From the human T2T-CHM13v2.0 reference genome, Homo sapiens: a DNA stretch of 64,000 nt. Below, in pieces: positions 46,147 to 64,000 of this stretch (positions are counted from its first letter, which is position 1; each line of letters opens with the position of its first letter). Where the stretch lies: assembly GCF_009914755.1 (NCBI RefSeq), contig NC_060944.1; one strand, given 5' to 3'. The position numbers and the translations under genes are program-made. Below the pieces are notes generated by a model that had not been told where the DNA came from, made no database searches, and saw only the letters and a list, made by a program, of their open reading frames with translations.

Positions 46147-46357
46147 GTACTTCCTTGGTTGTAGTTACCTCATCTATGAGGGAGCAATGACTTGCCACCT
46201 ATGGAAATCATGGGGTGCTTTGCTAGATTTCTACTTGTTATACCCTGTAAGGGGCCTGGACAAAGCTATTTTATGGCAAAGGTAACTAAAAGGTGAAGGC
46301 TAAGGAGTTTGTATCTCAAGATGCACAACATAGGAAGCTCTTCCTTAGATAATATGA

Positions 46358-46608
<251 letters not shown>

Positions 46609-46611
46609 TGA

Positions 46612-46761
<150 letters not shown>

Positions 46762-47799
46762 TAAAGCTCCCATACAAAGCTTATCTCCCTTCATTTACCA
46801 TTCCTTCCTGTGCTTGCTATACTTTCCCTCAGATATGCCATACTCATTTGCCTCTCTCTGGAATGCTGTCTTATTCCCACCTCCAGTCTTCCCATGGCTG
46901 GCTCCTTGTCATTTGGATGGTTGCTTAAAAGTCTTCTCAAAGGCCTTCCTTACTACCAAGTCATTTTCTGTCACATCAGCCTGTTTTTCATCATAAATAC
47001 TTTAATTAGAATATAATCTCCTTGAAAGCCAGATCCTTTTCTTTACTGTTAATTGCTTTAGGGACAGAGTTTAGAGCAGTATCTGACACATGGTAGGCAT
47101 TCAGATGTTTGTTGACCATGTTTGTCAATGCATACATTTTGTTTTGAGATATGGTCTCGCTGTGCTGCCCAGGCAGGTCTTAAACACCTAGGCTCAAGCA
47201 GTCCTCCTGCCTCAGCCACCTGAGTAGCTGAGATTACAGGTGCAAGCCACCCTGCCCAGCCATATGTGTACTTTTTAAATTTTTCCTCCTGTTGCCCAAG
47301 CTGTTGCACAACCATAGCTCACTGAAGCCTTGACCTCCTGGACTCAAGCGATTCTCCTACCTCAGCCTCCCAGGTAGCTGGGACTATTGGCACACGCCAC
47401 TGTGCCCAGCTAATTTTTTTGATTTTTAGGCGAGATGAGGTCTCGCTATGTTTTCCAGATTGGTCTTCAACTACTGAGCTTAGGCAATCCTCTTGCCTCA
47501 GCCTCCCAAAGTTCTGGGATTAGAGGTGTAACCCGCTGCACCTGGCCCATATGTGTACTTTTTAATTGATCTGAGTTCTGGACTTTTGATACCATGGAAT
47601 TCTACTGATGGGAATTTGGGTTGATGGTACGGGGAACCTCTATATTTATTTACTAGGATGGGAGGAAGTACAAAGGTTATGAGTGAATAAAATTGGTAAG
47701 TATTTTAGAGCAAAACTGCTTCTCTGAGTAAATTTAGTAAATCTGCCTAATTATGAAGTTAAATTGATTTCATGAGTGAATTAACATCTCAACTATTGA

Positions 47800-47967
<168 letters not shown>

Positions 47968-49174
47968 TAAGCTTGGAAGTATTTTTCTGTAGTATGTTTT
48001 GTTTAGTAGATGATTGGAAATACAATTTAAAAAAATGTTTCTCACTTTGGTTTTTTTTTGTTGTTGTTCCTCCTTTCTCTCTTCTTTTTTTTTTTTTCTT
48101 TTTCCTAGGACTCCTTCTGGTTTGCTTTTTTGTTTCTCTTTAGATAGCTGTTTTTATAGTCACTCCCTTTCTTTACCTTCTCTAGTTTAGTTGGTGAAGA
48201 TATTGCTCTTGTCACTGAACAATAGCTGAAGAGAGCCCATGGTCACGGACCTAAAAAGATTTCTGGCAGCACTTTTTATTAACTTTGGGTTGAATTAAGG
48301 GATTATGAGTACTCCCCCCCCCCCGGTTTTTAACTTAATTTTTAAAAATAGTGTTTTAGTTAGTTTTTTCTTTGTTTTATTTTGAGATAGAGCCTCACCC
48401 TGTCACCCAAGCTGGAGTATAGTGGCACTATCATAGCTCACAGCAGCCTTGAACTCCTGGCCTCAAGAGATCCTCCTGCCTCAGCCTCCCAAGTAGCTGG
48501 GACCACAGGCATGCATCACTGTGCCTGGCCAGTTTTTTAGTATTTTAAATTACGGTGCCAGTTATACTATAGTTATTTATTTTTTGAATGAGATGGGGTC
48601 TTGCTATGTTGTCCAGAGTGCTCTCTCTCAACCTTCCCGGCTCAAGCAGTCTTCCCATCTCAGCCTTTTTCTCAAGTAGCTAGGACTACTACTATACATT
48701 TTATTCTACAACTTTCTTTTTGTACTTAACACTAATATCATGGTGATCTCTTTACCTGAGTACATATGGATCTTGCATCCCTTATATAGCTTTGTAATAT
48801 TCCTTAATATGGGTGGACTATATTTTAATAGTTCTGTATTGATTCTAATGTTGCGCTATTAGGCAGTATTGCAGATACATCCATGTGCATATATCTTTGT
48901 ATGTTGGTGTTTATATCTGTAGTGTAGATTCATAGAAGTAGGATATAGCTCAGTTTTAACACAAAGCCCTAAATGTTGGCATTATAATCTAAGATATTGA
49001 CAGCCATTGAAGGTTAATTTTAATTTTTAAAATTAAAATAGAAGAAAACACATGGAGCCAGGTGTGGTGGCTCACACCTGTAATCTCAACTCTTTGGGAG
49101 ACTGAGCCAGGAGGATTGTGTGAGGCCAGGAGTTCAAAGGTGCAGTTTGATATGATTGCTCCTGTGAATTGCTA

Positions 49175-49573
<399 letters not shown>

Positions 49574-50231
49574 TTATGGAAGATCATCTTGAGGCCCGTA
49601 TCATTCGGATGTTCCTCATCTGTGTTTATTTCAACATAAATGTTTCTTAGGCTTTCTGTTTTTAATTAATGGCTCATTGTAGATTGAGTCAAAATGAAAC
49701 AATGTATTAAAAAAATTTCAAGAAAACACATGAGGCTGGGAATGACTGCACATGTTTGCAATCCCAGCTACTTGGGAGGATAAGGGGGGAGGATAAGGTG
49801 CTTTAGCCCAGGAGGAGTTCGAGATTAACCAGGGCAAAGTAGCGAGTTCCCATCTCATATATATTTTTTCCTTTACCAAGTGGTATCTATAAAAGGTCGC
49901 AGCCTCCATGATTACCAGAGATGTTCAGTTGAATTAGATGGTCACCTAATTTCCTCCAACTGCTTTGAGTGCGTACTTGATATGCACTTGGAGGCTCTTA
50001 AGCTGTTAATGTCATGAACTCCTTAGTGATTTAAAAGTTAAGAAAAAAACTCTCTTTGTAGTTCTATGTGGTAGTGCTGTTCTTGATTACAAACATTTGG
50101 GAAACTTACAATTCAAGTTATTTTCCTGAATTTTTAAGTTGCAGCAAATTGGCCTGGAATTTTATCACTTCCCATTGTCGTGTAGCAGGCTTTCCAGACT
50201 GCTTTTGAGAATTGAATTGAAACAAGACTGA

Positions 50232-50657
<426 letters not shown>

Positions 50658-51643
50658 TGAGCTCTCTTGAAAGTAGCATCTGAGAATTTTGAAAAGAATG
50701 AATACATTGTACCCCCTAAGAAGAGGAGCAGTGTGGAATTTTTAGTTTGTTTAATCTACCCATTGCCGTTGAAATGGTGCTGGTTAATAGGTACAGGTAG
50801 ACTTCAAAGGAGGAAAGTGTTTCTTTGTCCCCTCAAACTTGATCACATTAGAGAGAATGAGATATAGAGAAATTCAAACATTTCTGGAATTTGTCTTTAT
50901 ATCATTGAACCATAGGACTGTGGTAGATTATATAGTGCTCCTAGCTTTCTGATCCTTGACTCTAACATTGATTCTACGTGTATTGCAAATTCAAATTTCC
51001 CAGTTTACTTTGGAAATACCATTATAGAGAGTATTCCTTATTGGCATTTAGCAAGGAATGAGTGAGTCTATATTTGATAGTTGGACTGGGCAACTTGCCT
51101 CTAGCAGTGTGAAACTTGATGTATGTAATGTAATCTTCAAATCATGTAGCTGACGTGAGGAACTTTTTAATATAAAGTTTAATGTCAGGATTTTATTCAC
51201 ATTACAGTTCTGCTACTTACTGGCTATTTGACCTTAGGCAATTTGCTTTATCTCTGAATGTCAGTTTCTGTATCTGAAGAAGGAAGTGATAATTCCCATC
51301 TCATAGGGTTACTATAAAGATAAAATAACTTCAAGCTCTGTAAACTACTGACATAAGGATTTAATTTGTAAAGTTACTCTTCTGTACTACTAAAGTAAAA
51401 CTAGTTTTCCAATAGTTTGTTGCAGGATAAGCAGTTTTACTTTTGTTGACAATATGTGTATGAATTTACTTCTGTAGTTCAACTGCAAGTGAAAATGACC
51501 ATGTAAGCATGTAGCATTCAGATAATTTTCATAAGATTACTGAACATAGGCCAATATTGATTGTATAGTAAACTGTAAGGGGTGCAGTGAGAAGACTTTA
51601 GACTTTAAAACTGAATTGTAATTTATTTAGGATCTCATTGTGA

Positions 51644-51913
<270 letters not shown>

Positions 51914-52898
51914 TAAGTTTTACTTGGTTATAGGATGAACAGATAGAAGAATTTTACACTATTGAAAGTATTCTGAGTAACCTTGGTTTGACCATTCATT
52001 TTGGATTCAGTATTTTTAGTAAATATTTATTTACTTAGTAAATAGATATTAGTAAAGTAATACATATTTAATTGTGGAAAAACTAAAATATAGAGCAGAG
52101 ATGAAAGAAAAAAATAAAAATCCCACTTCAGAGACAAATCAAATGAATATTTTTACAGATTTCCTTTTCAGATGCTTTTTTTTTTGGGAGGGACATGGGG
52201 AGACAAGGACTCACTCTGTTTTCCAGGCTGGAGTACAGTGGCTATTTACAGGTGCAGTTGCAGCACAGTGTAGTTTTGAACTCCTGGCCTCAAGTGATTA
52301 TCCTGCCTCAGCCTCCTGATATATCTGGGACTATAGGCAGGTACCACCACATCCAGCTTTAAATGCTTATTTTTAAAAATGTCCTCATTTTATGAGGTTG
52401 TGGTTTTATTTGTATATGTATATTTATATAATGTAGAAATATGTGTAGCTTGTTTTAATTAATATATCATTTTAAAACACATTTTTTTCTACCCCTCGAC
52501 TATCTAAAACATACTTCTAAAAATTTTCTCATTTAGGACTTATTAGATATAATTTATCCTTAAATTATGTTTTTACTCAATTTAATTCAGGTATATATTA
52601 CTAAATAATCCTTATTCTTATGCTAGCCCATTTTATACTATAGTCTTACAAGGATGGAATGAACATAATAAACGATGGAGATACTATTTTACATCATGAA
52701 TATGAAACATTAGCATATTTTGTCCTTTTTAAAAGATACAGTGTTTTGGTGTCAAAAGTGTTCAAACCTTGGGTGAAACATAGTTAAACAGTTTATATGC
52801 ACATATAGTTATATTTTCTCGGACATCACATTTTTAACAGTTAATTTTTAACAGTTAAGATGCCTTAACTGGGAAAAAAGTGACCATTTTTTCTGTAA

Positions 52899-53057
<159 letters not shown>

Positions 53058-53626
53058 TGACTACCTTTTTAAGGTCTTTAATGATTCTTCTTAAATAAAA
53101 TAGCCATTGTAGTATGCTGTATGTAATTATTTTGATTTTTTTTTTCAGATTAATAAAATGTTTTTTTCTGGCCGGTGTGGTGGCTCACGCCTCTAATCCC
53201 AGCACTTTGGGAGGCTGAGGCAGAAAGATTGCTTGAGCTTGGAGGTTGAGGCTGCTCTGAGCCGTAATCACATCACTGCGGTCCAGCCTAGGTGACAGAG
53301 TGAGACCTTGTTTCTTTAAAAAAAAAAAAAAAGAAATGATTTTTTTCTTTTTAAAAAATAGACATTGATCACTTTAAACATTTTCTTTTTAGTGTATTAT
53401 TTCTGTGAATAAAAGCATGTATATTTTTACATAAGTTGAAAAATTAGCCAAATAGAAGTTGAATCACATTTGCCTCCATGAGTAATGAGTTGATTTATAT
53501 AGTATTTATTCTGTAGGCCAACTATGGCAGTTAATATGGGTTAGATGCCACACCGCCAACTGTGCCAATGGCAGACAGAGTTTATTGTCTGTAGCAGTGT
53601 GGGGCTGAGTTTAAATATGACTTTAA

Positions 53627-53964
<338 letters not shown>

Positions 53965-55076
53965 TAACACTGTACCACCCAGCCATTACAAGCTGAGATC
54001 CATTTACCATTCCCCTTCTACTTCTGTAGGCTACACTTACAGAGATATCTTTTGACAATACTAATTCATTATATGTGTGTTAGTAAATCTTACAATCTCT
54101 GATTTACTAGTGTGTGTTAAAGGAAAATAAACTGTGGTGGCACCTGAGTTAGTGGCTACACAGCTAGCATATTTAATAGAACTTTTTCCTACTGTTTTCC
54201 CATCAGATATTTCCATCACTTCCTAATGTGTTAAGTGTATTTTCACTTGAAACATAGATTTTAGAGGCCTGAAGACAATGAAAGAGCAGATTAATGGATT
54301 TCTTGATGAGTTTGACGAAGATCTTTTGGTTTACTTAGGAACTGCATTATGAAACATTTTGCAGCTGTCAGGTGCTATTCTTTTTCTACTTTGTTGAAAG
54401 ACTTCCTACTTCCTCTTTGACTCATGACTTTTAAAAATAGCAGGACAGGCTGGGCACAGTGGCTCACACCCCTTGATCCCAGCACTTTGGGAGGCTGAGG
54501 CAGGAGGGTTACTTGAGCCCAGGAGTTCGAGACCAGCCTAGGCAACATAACAAAACCCCATCTTTGCAAAAAATAAAAAAATTTGCCATGTGTGTGGCAC
54601 GTGCCTGTAGTCCAGGTACTTGGGAGGCTGAGGTGGGAGGATCACTTGAGCCCAGGAGTCAGAGGTTGCAGTGAGCGAAGATCACACCACTGCACTTCCA
54701 GCCTGGGTGACAGAGTGAGACTCTCTCTCAAAAAAAATAAAGTAGCAGGACCTAATATGTCTTCCAGATTAGTTCTCTGGGGCTAGTGAGGATGGAAAGA
54801 AATTTCTGAAATGGTTATACTGATTTGGAGTTGACACTTTGATTATTGTTCACAAGAACTCTATAATAGTCACATTTTTCTATACATAAATTGGAAGTCT
54901 GGAAGATAAAATACAAGTTACATTGTTAAACTGCCCTAAACCTCAGTATTTATAGTGTCCTAAGCTTCGCCCATAGAAGATGAAACTATTACTAATGTAA
55001 AATATTTAATAATTGCTGGACGCGGTGGCTCACGCCTGTAATCCCAGCACTTTGGGAGGCCGAGGTGGGCTGATCA

Positions 55077-55304
<228 letters not shown>

Positions 55305-55590
55305 TCACGCCTGTAATCCCAGCACTCTGGGAGGCCGAGGCAGGCGGATCACCTAAGGTTGGGAGTTCGAGACCAGCCTGACCAACATGGAGAAACCTCG
55401 TCTCTACTAAAAATACAAAATTAGCTGGGCGTGGTGGCGCATGCCTGTAATCCCAGCTACTCGGGAGGCTGAGGCAGGAGAATCACTTGAACCCGGGAGT
55501 TAGAGGTTGTGGTAAGCTGAGATCATGCCATTGCACTCCAGCCTGGGCAACAAGAGCGAAACTGGGTCTCAAAAGAAAGAAAAGAAAACA

Positions 55591-55779
55591 GTTATAACAA
55601 TATACTACAATAAAAGTTTTATGAATGTCATCTCTCAGTTTCACTTTCACTCCAAAAATACCTCATTTTTTTAGCTTTGTTTGGACCTTTGGGGGGAAAA
55701 ATACCTTATTGTACTCACCTACTTTTGGACCACAGTTGACTGTGGGTAATTAAAACCATAGCTAAGGGGAGGCCTACTG
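55591..55779. mobile_element. MER44/Tigger7-like DNA transposon end
   Basis: ttataacaatatact..aataaaagtt and terminal ttggaccacagttgactgtgggtaa...ctactg followed by TA. Confidence 0.6.
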
Positions 55780-56082
55780 TACTTACAGACACATTTTTGG
55801 TTCTTTCTTTTTGGTGGATAAATTTTCTAAAAATGGCAGTTATATAAATAAACTTTTTCCAAGTGAAACAAAGTGTACTTGTTTTTTCTTTTTCTTTAAG
55901 TTGTATTTTAAAACTAGCTGGCTTTATATTCCCCTACTTTCAACTAGTTTAATATCTCGCTACAAGTCTCGGTTATAATGTTTTCTTTACATAATTTGTT
56001 ATGGTGTTTTCCTTCAATGAAGTACAGAGTTAATCTGCTTTCATGAGTCTCTAGGAAGAGGTCTTCCTAGACCTCTTCCTAG

Positions 56083-56822
<740 letters not shown>

Positions 56823-57949
56823 TAGGCCTCCCAAAGTGCTGGGATTATAGGCATGAGCCACTGCGCCTGGCCCAGCTTTTTTTTTTTTTTTTTAAAGGTT
56901 GACTTATTCTTATAGCCCACAGATCTGAAGTAACAAATCAGGTGTGGGCAGTTCATATCTGCCAGAGGTTCTCATTCATCTTTTTTTTTCTTTTTGTGGG
57001 ATGGTTTTTTTGGTGAGTTGTTTAGTACCAGTCTTCCCATTTATGACCTCTAACAAGAAACACAGAAAAGTATTATTGCCAAAGACTAATACTAGTTTTC
57101 CTAAAGAGAAAGAAAAATGCATTTTACTTTCAACTTTTTTTTTTTTTTTTTGAGACAGGGTATCGTTCATTTGCCAAGGGTGGAGTGCAATGGTGTCATC
57201 TTGGCTCACTGCAACCTCCGCCTCCTGGGCTCAAGTGATCCTTCCACCTCAGCCTCCCCAGTAGCTAGGACTACAGGCGCACTCAGCCACACCCAGCTAA
57301 TTTTTGTATTTTTTGTAGACAGGTTCTCACTCTGTTGCCCAGGGTGGTCTCAAACTCCTGAGCTCAGGCAATCCTCCTGCTTCGGCCTGCCAAAGTGCTG
57401 GGTTTATAGGCACGAACCACCACTCCCGGCCACTTTTAACTTCCTGATTATAAAATAGGAACATAGTCTTGTAGAGATCTTTACTTTTTATCATGTATAC
57501 TCTGGATGTGTTTAAAATTAATTTAGGGAGAGTTTTTGGAATATGTGACTTCTGGTTCTTATTCTATGCATTCCATTCCTTTTAAATTTTGATGCTTTGT
57601 TATGTTAGGCTCTAGTTTTTGTAGTTCCGCTTAACGTTAGGGTAAACCATTTTCATATGTGAATATATTGATAATGTTTCTTACTAGAATAATAAATTCT
57701 AAGAAAGTAGCCTAAATTTTTTGCTTTACCAAATATTATTTGAAGTTACTAGATCTCAACTGGTCTGGGTACCAACTAATTTTATAGAGATAAACTTTGC
57801 TGTAATGTTAGTTTTAAAAATTTGACTTACATTTGAACATACGTCTATGTATGCTCAGAATATTAAATAATTTACTTCCCCACAAAAGGTAGTAAAACTC
57901 CTTTCTTTCTTTTTCTTTTTTTCCTTTTTTTTTTTTTTTTTTTTTGTGA

Positions 57950-58108
<159 letters not shown>

Positions 58109-58462
58109 TAGTACAGGTGAAGTTTCTCCATGTTGGTCAGGCTGGTCTCAAATTCCCAGCCTCAGGTGGTCCATGTGCCTTGGCCTCCCAAAAAGTGCTG
58201 GGATTACAGGCATGAGCCACCGCGCCCAGCTGTAAAACTCCTTTCAACATGTATGTTATGTTTTTGTCTTACTTTATGAGAGGTACTGTAAAAATTGAAG
58301 TATTGAGGCTATGATATGGTCATTGTGAATTTCAGTGAAGACTACTGTGTTCTTCATTTTTACAATTTACAAAGCCCGTTGTTATATATTCTCATATTTA
58401 ATATGTGTAAGATATAAAATAAAATGAGCATCCCTGAAACTATCACACAGCTTAAGAATTAG

Positions 58463-59055
<593 letters not shown>

Positions 59056-59269
59056 TAAGATTTTTATATCAAAGGACATTTGCTTAGCTTTTTTTTTTTA
59101 AACCATGTGAACAGTGATACATTGAACATTTTTGCATATGTTTATTAATAAACAGATTTAACGTTTATGTTGGGTGTATGCTTGAGAGTAGAATTGCTGG
59201 GGTATGTTTATTTTCAGCTTTACAATATTAATTGCTTCTTCAAATATGCTATTAGGATATTTAAAACTG

Positions 59270-59790
59270 AGATGAAATTTACATAACATACAATTAACGG
59301 TTATATAAAGTGTACACCTTAATGGTGTTTAGTGTATTCACAGTGATACACATCCACCATCTGTCTCTAGTTTCAGATCTTTCTTGTCACCTTAGAAAAA
59401 AAACCCCATTTCTTTCTTCTCCCAAGCCGTGATAACTGCTAATCTGCTCTCTGTCTCTATGGATTTGCCTATTCAGGATATATCACATAAAAGGAATCAT
59501 GTGACTTTTTTTGTTTGGATTCTTTACTTAGCATAATGAATTTGAGGTTCATCCAAGTTGTAGAATGTGTCAGTACTTCCTTTCTTCTTATGGCTGTATG
59601 ATAGTTCTACTGTGTATATTTGTGCCACAATTTGTTTATCCATTCATTCATTGATAGACATTTGGCTTATTTCCATTTGGCTGTTATGAATTATAAATAA
59701 TGCTGCTTTAAGCATTTGTGTACAAGGTTCTGTGTAGAAATATGTTTTCATTTCTTTTGGATATATACCTAGGAGTAGAATTGCTGATGC
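59270..59790 (-). mobile_element. L1MB-type 3' end
   Basis: ctctgtctctatggatttgcctatt; ttacttagcataatg; atatatacctaggagtagaattgctg. Confidence 0.7.
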
Positions 59791-60762
59791 TTGTTTTTGA
59801 TAGTTTCTCATTTCTTCCTTGTAATTTTTTTTGATACATAGGAATTTTTTTTAAAACATTCTCCATTTGATAATTCCAGTGTCTGAAATCCTTGGGTATA
59901 TAAATGGTTTTTTGTCTCTTCCTCATTGAGGTTTGTTTTCATTTGCGTTTGTTCTTCGATTGCAAGTTTATATTTGATCTTAATCTGTTGGAATCTTAAG
60001 GGCCTAAATTGGGGATTCTTTGCCCCAGAGAACATTTCTTTTGCTTCTGCTAGTTGCTAGGGTGTACCACTGAACTGGGAACGCTTCAACTCCTTTCCTA
60101 CCTGTGTATTTGTAAAATGGATCAGACCCTTGCCAGCCTAATGTGGCAGGCTCTGGTTCAGCACCACAGGTTTGCTGCTGGCCCAAGGCTTTCTAATCCA
60201 TCTGAGGATTGAAAATGGCCCTCTGGATAACCCAGTTTTTCACATTTGCTCACTGCATACTTGTGTCCGTTCACTTTGTTTTTTTATTTTTGAGACAGGA
60301 TCTCGCTGTGTTGCCAGACTAGAGCTCAGTGGCTATTCACAGGAACGGTCATAGCACACTGCACCTTTGAACTCCTGGCCTCAAGCAGTCCTCCTGCCTC
60401 AGCTTTTTGAGTAGCTGGGACTTCAGGTGCTCACCACCATACCTGGCTTCAGTTCACTTTTTTGTTTTTGAGATTGCTAGACACCCAAGAAATAGGAACG
60501 ATGTGTTAAAACGCTTTATCTAGGAGCTAGTTATTTTGTGGTGGGAGGGCAGGTCATTTTGACGAGCTTACTGAGTAGAAGAGATCTTTGTAGATCTTCC
60601 AAAGTTTCTTGTGGGTAAAACATGTGCATTTAGCAATCTGACAAATTTTCTTGAGGAAATTTGGATTGGGAATACCTTTAAAGGGCAATACGTTTGTAAA
60701 ATGCAGTGGTTAAGAACAACCATTGTTCTCTTCTTGGACGTTCATTGTATAAGTGTTAGATT

Positions 60763-60789
60763 TTTGTTGTTGTTGTTGTTGTTGTTGTT
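60763..60789. repeat. (TTG)n microsatellite
   Basis: About 9 TTG units. Confidence 0.85.
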
Positions 60790-60854
60790 AACTATTCTCT
60801 GGTTGTAAGCAGAGGATAAGATCTAAATAATTTATGCCATACATTTCATAGTTA

Positions 60855-61169
<315 letters not shown>

Positions 61170-61749
61170 TCAAGACCCTTTGTCAAGAAAAAATATGTAT
61201 ATTGAAAAATGGCCCTTGTTTAGACTTTCCTAATGAGATGTAAATTTTGAGAAATAATAGTTATTATTTATGGACTGCTTATATGTGCTAGCACTGTGCT
61301 AAATGTTTACATGTTTAATTCTTATAAATACTCTATGAAGTAGGTGTCATCCCCATTTTATATATGCAGGAAAAGTACAGGAAGTCAAGTGTACTTTTGT
61401 AAGGTCACAAAGTACATGATAAAGCTAGGATACAAACCTAGGCAGTCTGCCCTCAGAACTCATGTGATTAAAATACTGTTCTTTGTCACTGTAGTGAGAA
61501 GGTTTTAGAAGTAGCAAATAATGGTAGACTTAAATGGATTATTCCTAATGATTTTCTTAATTTTGAGAAAAGTGAAATACTAATAGACACATTTTAGTAA
61601 CTTATGCTGGATATTTTGTTGTGGTTTTCTGATTTCATTTATGTCCCATTCATAAGCCATTTTAGGGGACTATATTCCATATTAAAACATTCTTAAACTG
61701 AAATTTACCCTTTATAGCCAAAATGTATTTCATTGTACCATTTTTTTTT

Positions 61750-62460
61750 ACCACATTAACATCTTTATTGAGTTGTATTTTATACAACATAAAATTTACC
61801 CATTTCAAGTGTACAGCTTAATGAATTTTAGTAACTTAAGTGAGGGATTCAACTATCACTGTAATTTAGGTTTAAAACATTTTTATCCCCTCAGTAAAAT
61901 CCCTCTTGCCTGTTTACAGGAGCTTCCCTTCTCACTGTCAGCCACAGGCAACCACCACTAATCTGTATTTTTTTTTTTTTGAGACGGAGTTTCACTCTGT
62001 CGCCCAGGCTGGAGTGCAGTGGTGTGATCTCTGCTCACTGCAACCTCTGCCTCCCAGGTTCAAGTGATTCTCTTGCCTCAGACTCCTGAGTGGTTGGGAC
62101 TACAGGCGCCCGCCACCACACTCAGCTAATTTTTGTATTTTTAGTAGAGATGAAGTTTCGCCATGTTGGCCAGGCTGGTCTCAAGTTCCTGACCTCAGGC
62201 AATCTGCCCACCTTGGCCTCCCAAAGTGCTGGGATTACAGGTGTGAGCCACCACGCCCGGCCTCTATTTTTTATCTCTAAAAATTCGTCTTTTTCTGGAC
62301 ATTTGTATAAATGGAATCATAAAATATCTGTTTTTTGTGTCTGGCTTCTTTCACTTAGCATAATGTTTTTGAGGTTCATCCATGATATAGCGTGTTTCAT
62401 TAGTTTGTTCTCTTTTATTACCAAATAGTAATAATTCCATTGTATAGACAACATTTTATT
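61750..62460 (-). mobile_element. L1MB-type 3' end interrupted by Alu 61967-62262
   Basis: aaaatttacccatttcaagtgtacag; ggcaaccaccactaatct; ttcacttagcataatgtttttgaggttcatcc. Confidence 0.7.
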
Positions 62461-62873
62461 CACATACTATTTAAAGATAATATATTTCTAGACTGGATGA
62501 GACATTTACCAACTTTGCTAAGTATGGTATAGTATAGTGGTGACTCAGTATTTTTTAAATTAATCCACCAATTATGCTTTTTTGTAATATGGTAATAATT
62601 TCCCTGTTTAAACTATGATTCTATCCAGGGCCTATTGTTCCTTTACTAAATGGACCTAGGTGGTCGAACTTGAGTTCTTGTTTCTACATGTGATCATTTT
62701 TCTTTCTCTTTCCCTGTTTACCATTTGTTTTGCTTCTTTAAATGTACCTACCTTTAGCACCCTCCCTCCAACACTTTTCTTTTTTTTGAGACGGGAGTTT
62801 TGCTCTTGTTGCCCAGACTGGAGTGCAATGGCGCGATCTTGGCTCACTGAAATTTCTGCCTCCCGGGTTCTAG

Positions 62874-63002
<129 letters not shown>

Positions 63003-63647
63003 TGAGGTGATTCGCCCACCTTGGCCTCCCAAAATGCTGGGATTACAGGTGTAAGCTGTTGCACCTGGCTCCTCCAACACTGTTACAGTAAAAAGATCTG
63101 GACTGAATCCTAAGGATATTTTCCATCAATAAAGCAAGAAGAAAATAAGAATATTGTGGCATTAATTTTTGGCAACTTGGATTCCCATTTGTGGCTTTCC
63201 TAATTTTTAAGCTGTTTTCCAGGCCCCTGCAATAAGAGAGACGTTATGGGTTTTTCTGTTTCTGGAATCGATTTTATTCTGCTGGCGATCAGCACTTTTT
63301 TATGAGGTATTTGGGATACAAAGATGGTTAAAACACTAGGTTTAAATTAGAGTTAGACATATTTCAAAAAAAAGGCAGGAATAGTAGTGCATGAGTAATA
63401 TACCTTTAGTAATTAACATCCCGTATCCATTAATTATTAAGCATTTGCACAAAATTTTGGCAGACTTTTTTTGCAGTCATGAAAATCACATTTTTCCTTT
63501 TAAAGTCATGTTGGAATTTAAGTTATAGTATGTTCTTTATTACAAAGATTTAATAAAAGGCTTTGCTTACATGGCATGTTTAGAAAAGAAAAAACATGAA
63601 AACTACTCTCTTGAAACTCATTTTCTGTTTAAACTTTGATGTTAAAG

Positions 63648-63693
63648 GTGCTTCTCAGAATGATGATGGCTCCAGATCCAAGGATGAAACAAG
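63648..63693 (+). CDS. ITCH: ITCH next exon: (S/G)ASQNDDGSRSKDET(R)
   Basis: Acceptor gttaaag|, donor AAG|GTAAGC. 46 nt; continues the frame from either exon 6 or the Alu exon. Confidence 0.93.
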
Positions 63694-64000
63694 GTAAGCA
63701 TTCACTGATTGCTTACCACAGAATGCGGAGAGATAGATTTCCTAAATATTCATTTTAGTGTAAACTTCAGGTTCATGATATAAGAATAAATGAGTGTCAG
63801 AAAGAATTCAGAACTCAAGAAGGGAAATATTTGCAAAAGATTGAAGACTCTTAGCTTATCGGATTAGAGCTATCTGGAGTGGGCTAGGGATAACCAAATT
63901 GTTGATACTTCTTCAGCTTGTAGAAAATAAATATACTGGCACCTTTTCAGAGGCAGGGTGTTCTAAACTCCAGAGCCATCATTGGGCTGTTAAGTTTCTT

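Overview
Human (or very close primate) genomic DNA containing the 5' part of ITCH (itchy E3 ubiquitin ligase, NEDD4-family C2-WW-HECT; human chr20q11) on the + strand. It has a CpG-island promoter with non-coding exon 1 (ends 2477) and a non-coding exon 2 (8538-8614) that carries a 16-codon uORF. Coding exons lie at 32977-33046, 47825-47966, 51688-51812, 52915-53052 and 63648-63693, plus an in-frame 123-nt Alu-derived cassette exon at 56290-56412. Together they encode the N-terminus, C2 domain and linker; the gene continues past the window. The introns are very Alu-rich (roughly 80-90 copies or fragments by eye). They also hold an antisense CDC42 processed pseudogene with poly(A) and TSD, Y3 RNA and U6 snRNA retropseudogenes, LTR remnants, L1/L2/MIR and MER DNA-transposon fossils. 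Almost all ORF-track entries are Alu noise. I see no new multi-gene system. The best leads are small: the uORF exon, two inverted LTR copies flanking the start-codon exon, a 47-bp templated insertion copied from one of them, a nested Alu/Y3 insertion stack reusing one target site, latent Alu exons, and a two-state hairpin upstream of the Alu exon. Gene and repeat names come from my memory of the sequences, not from database searches.
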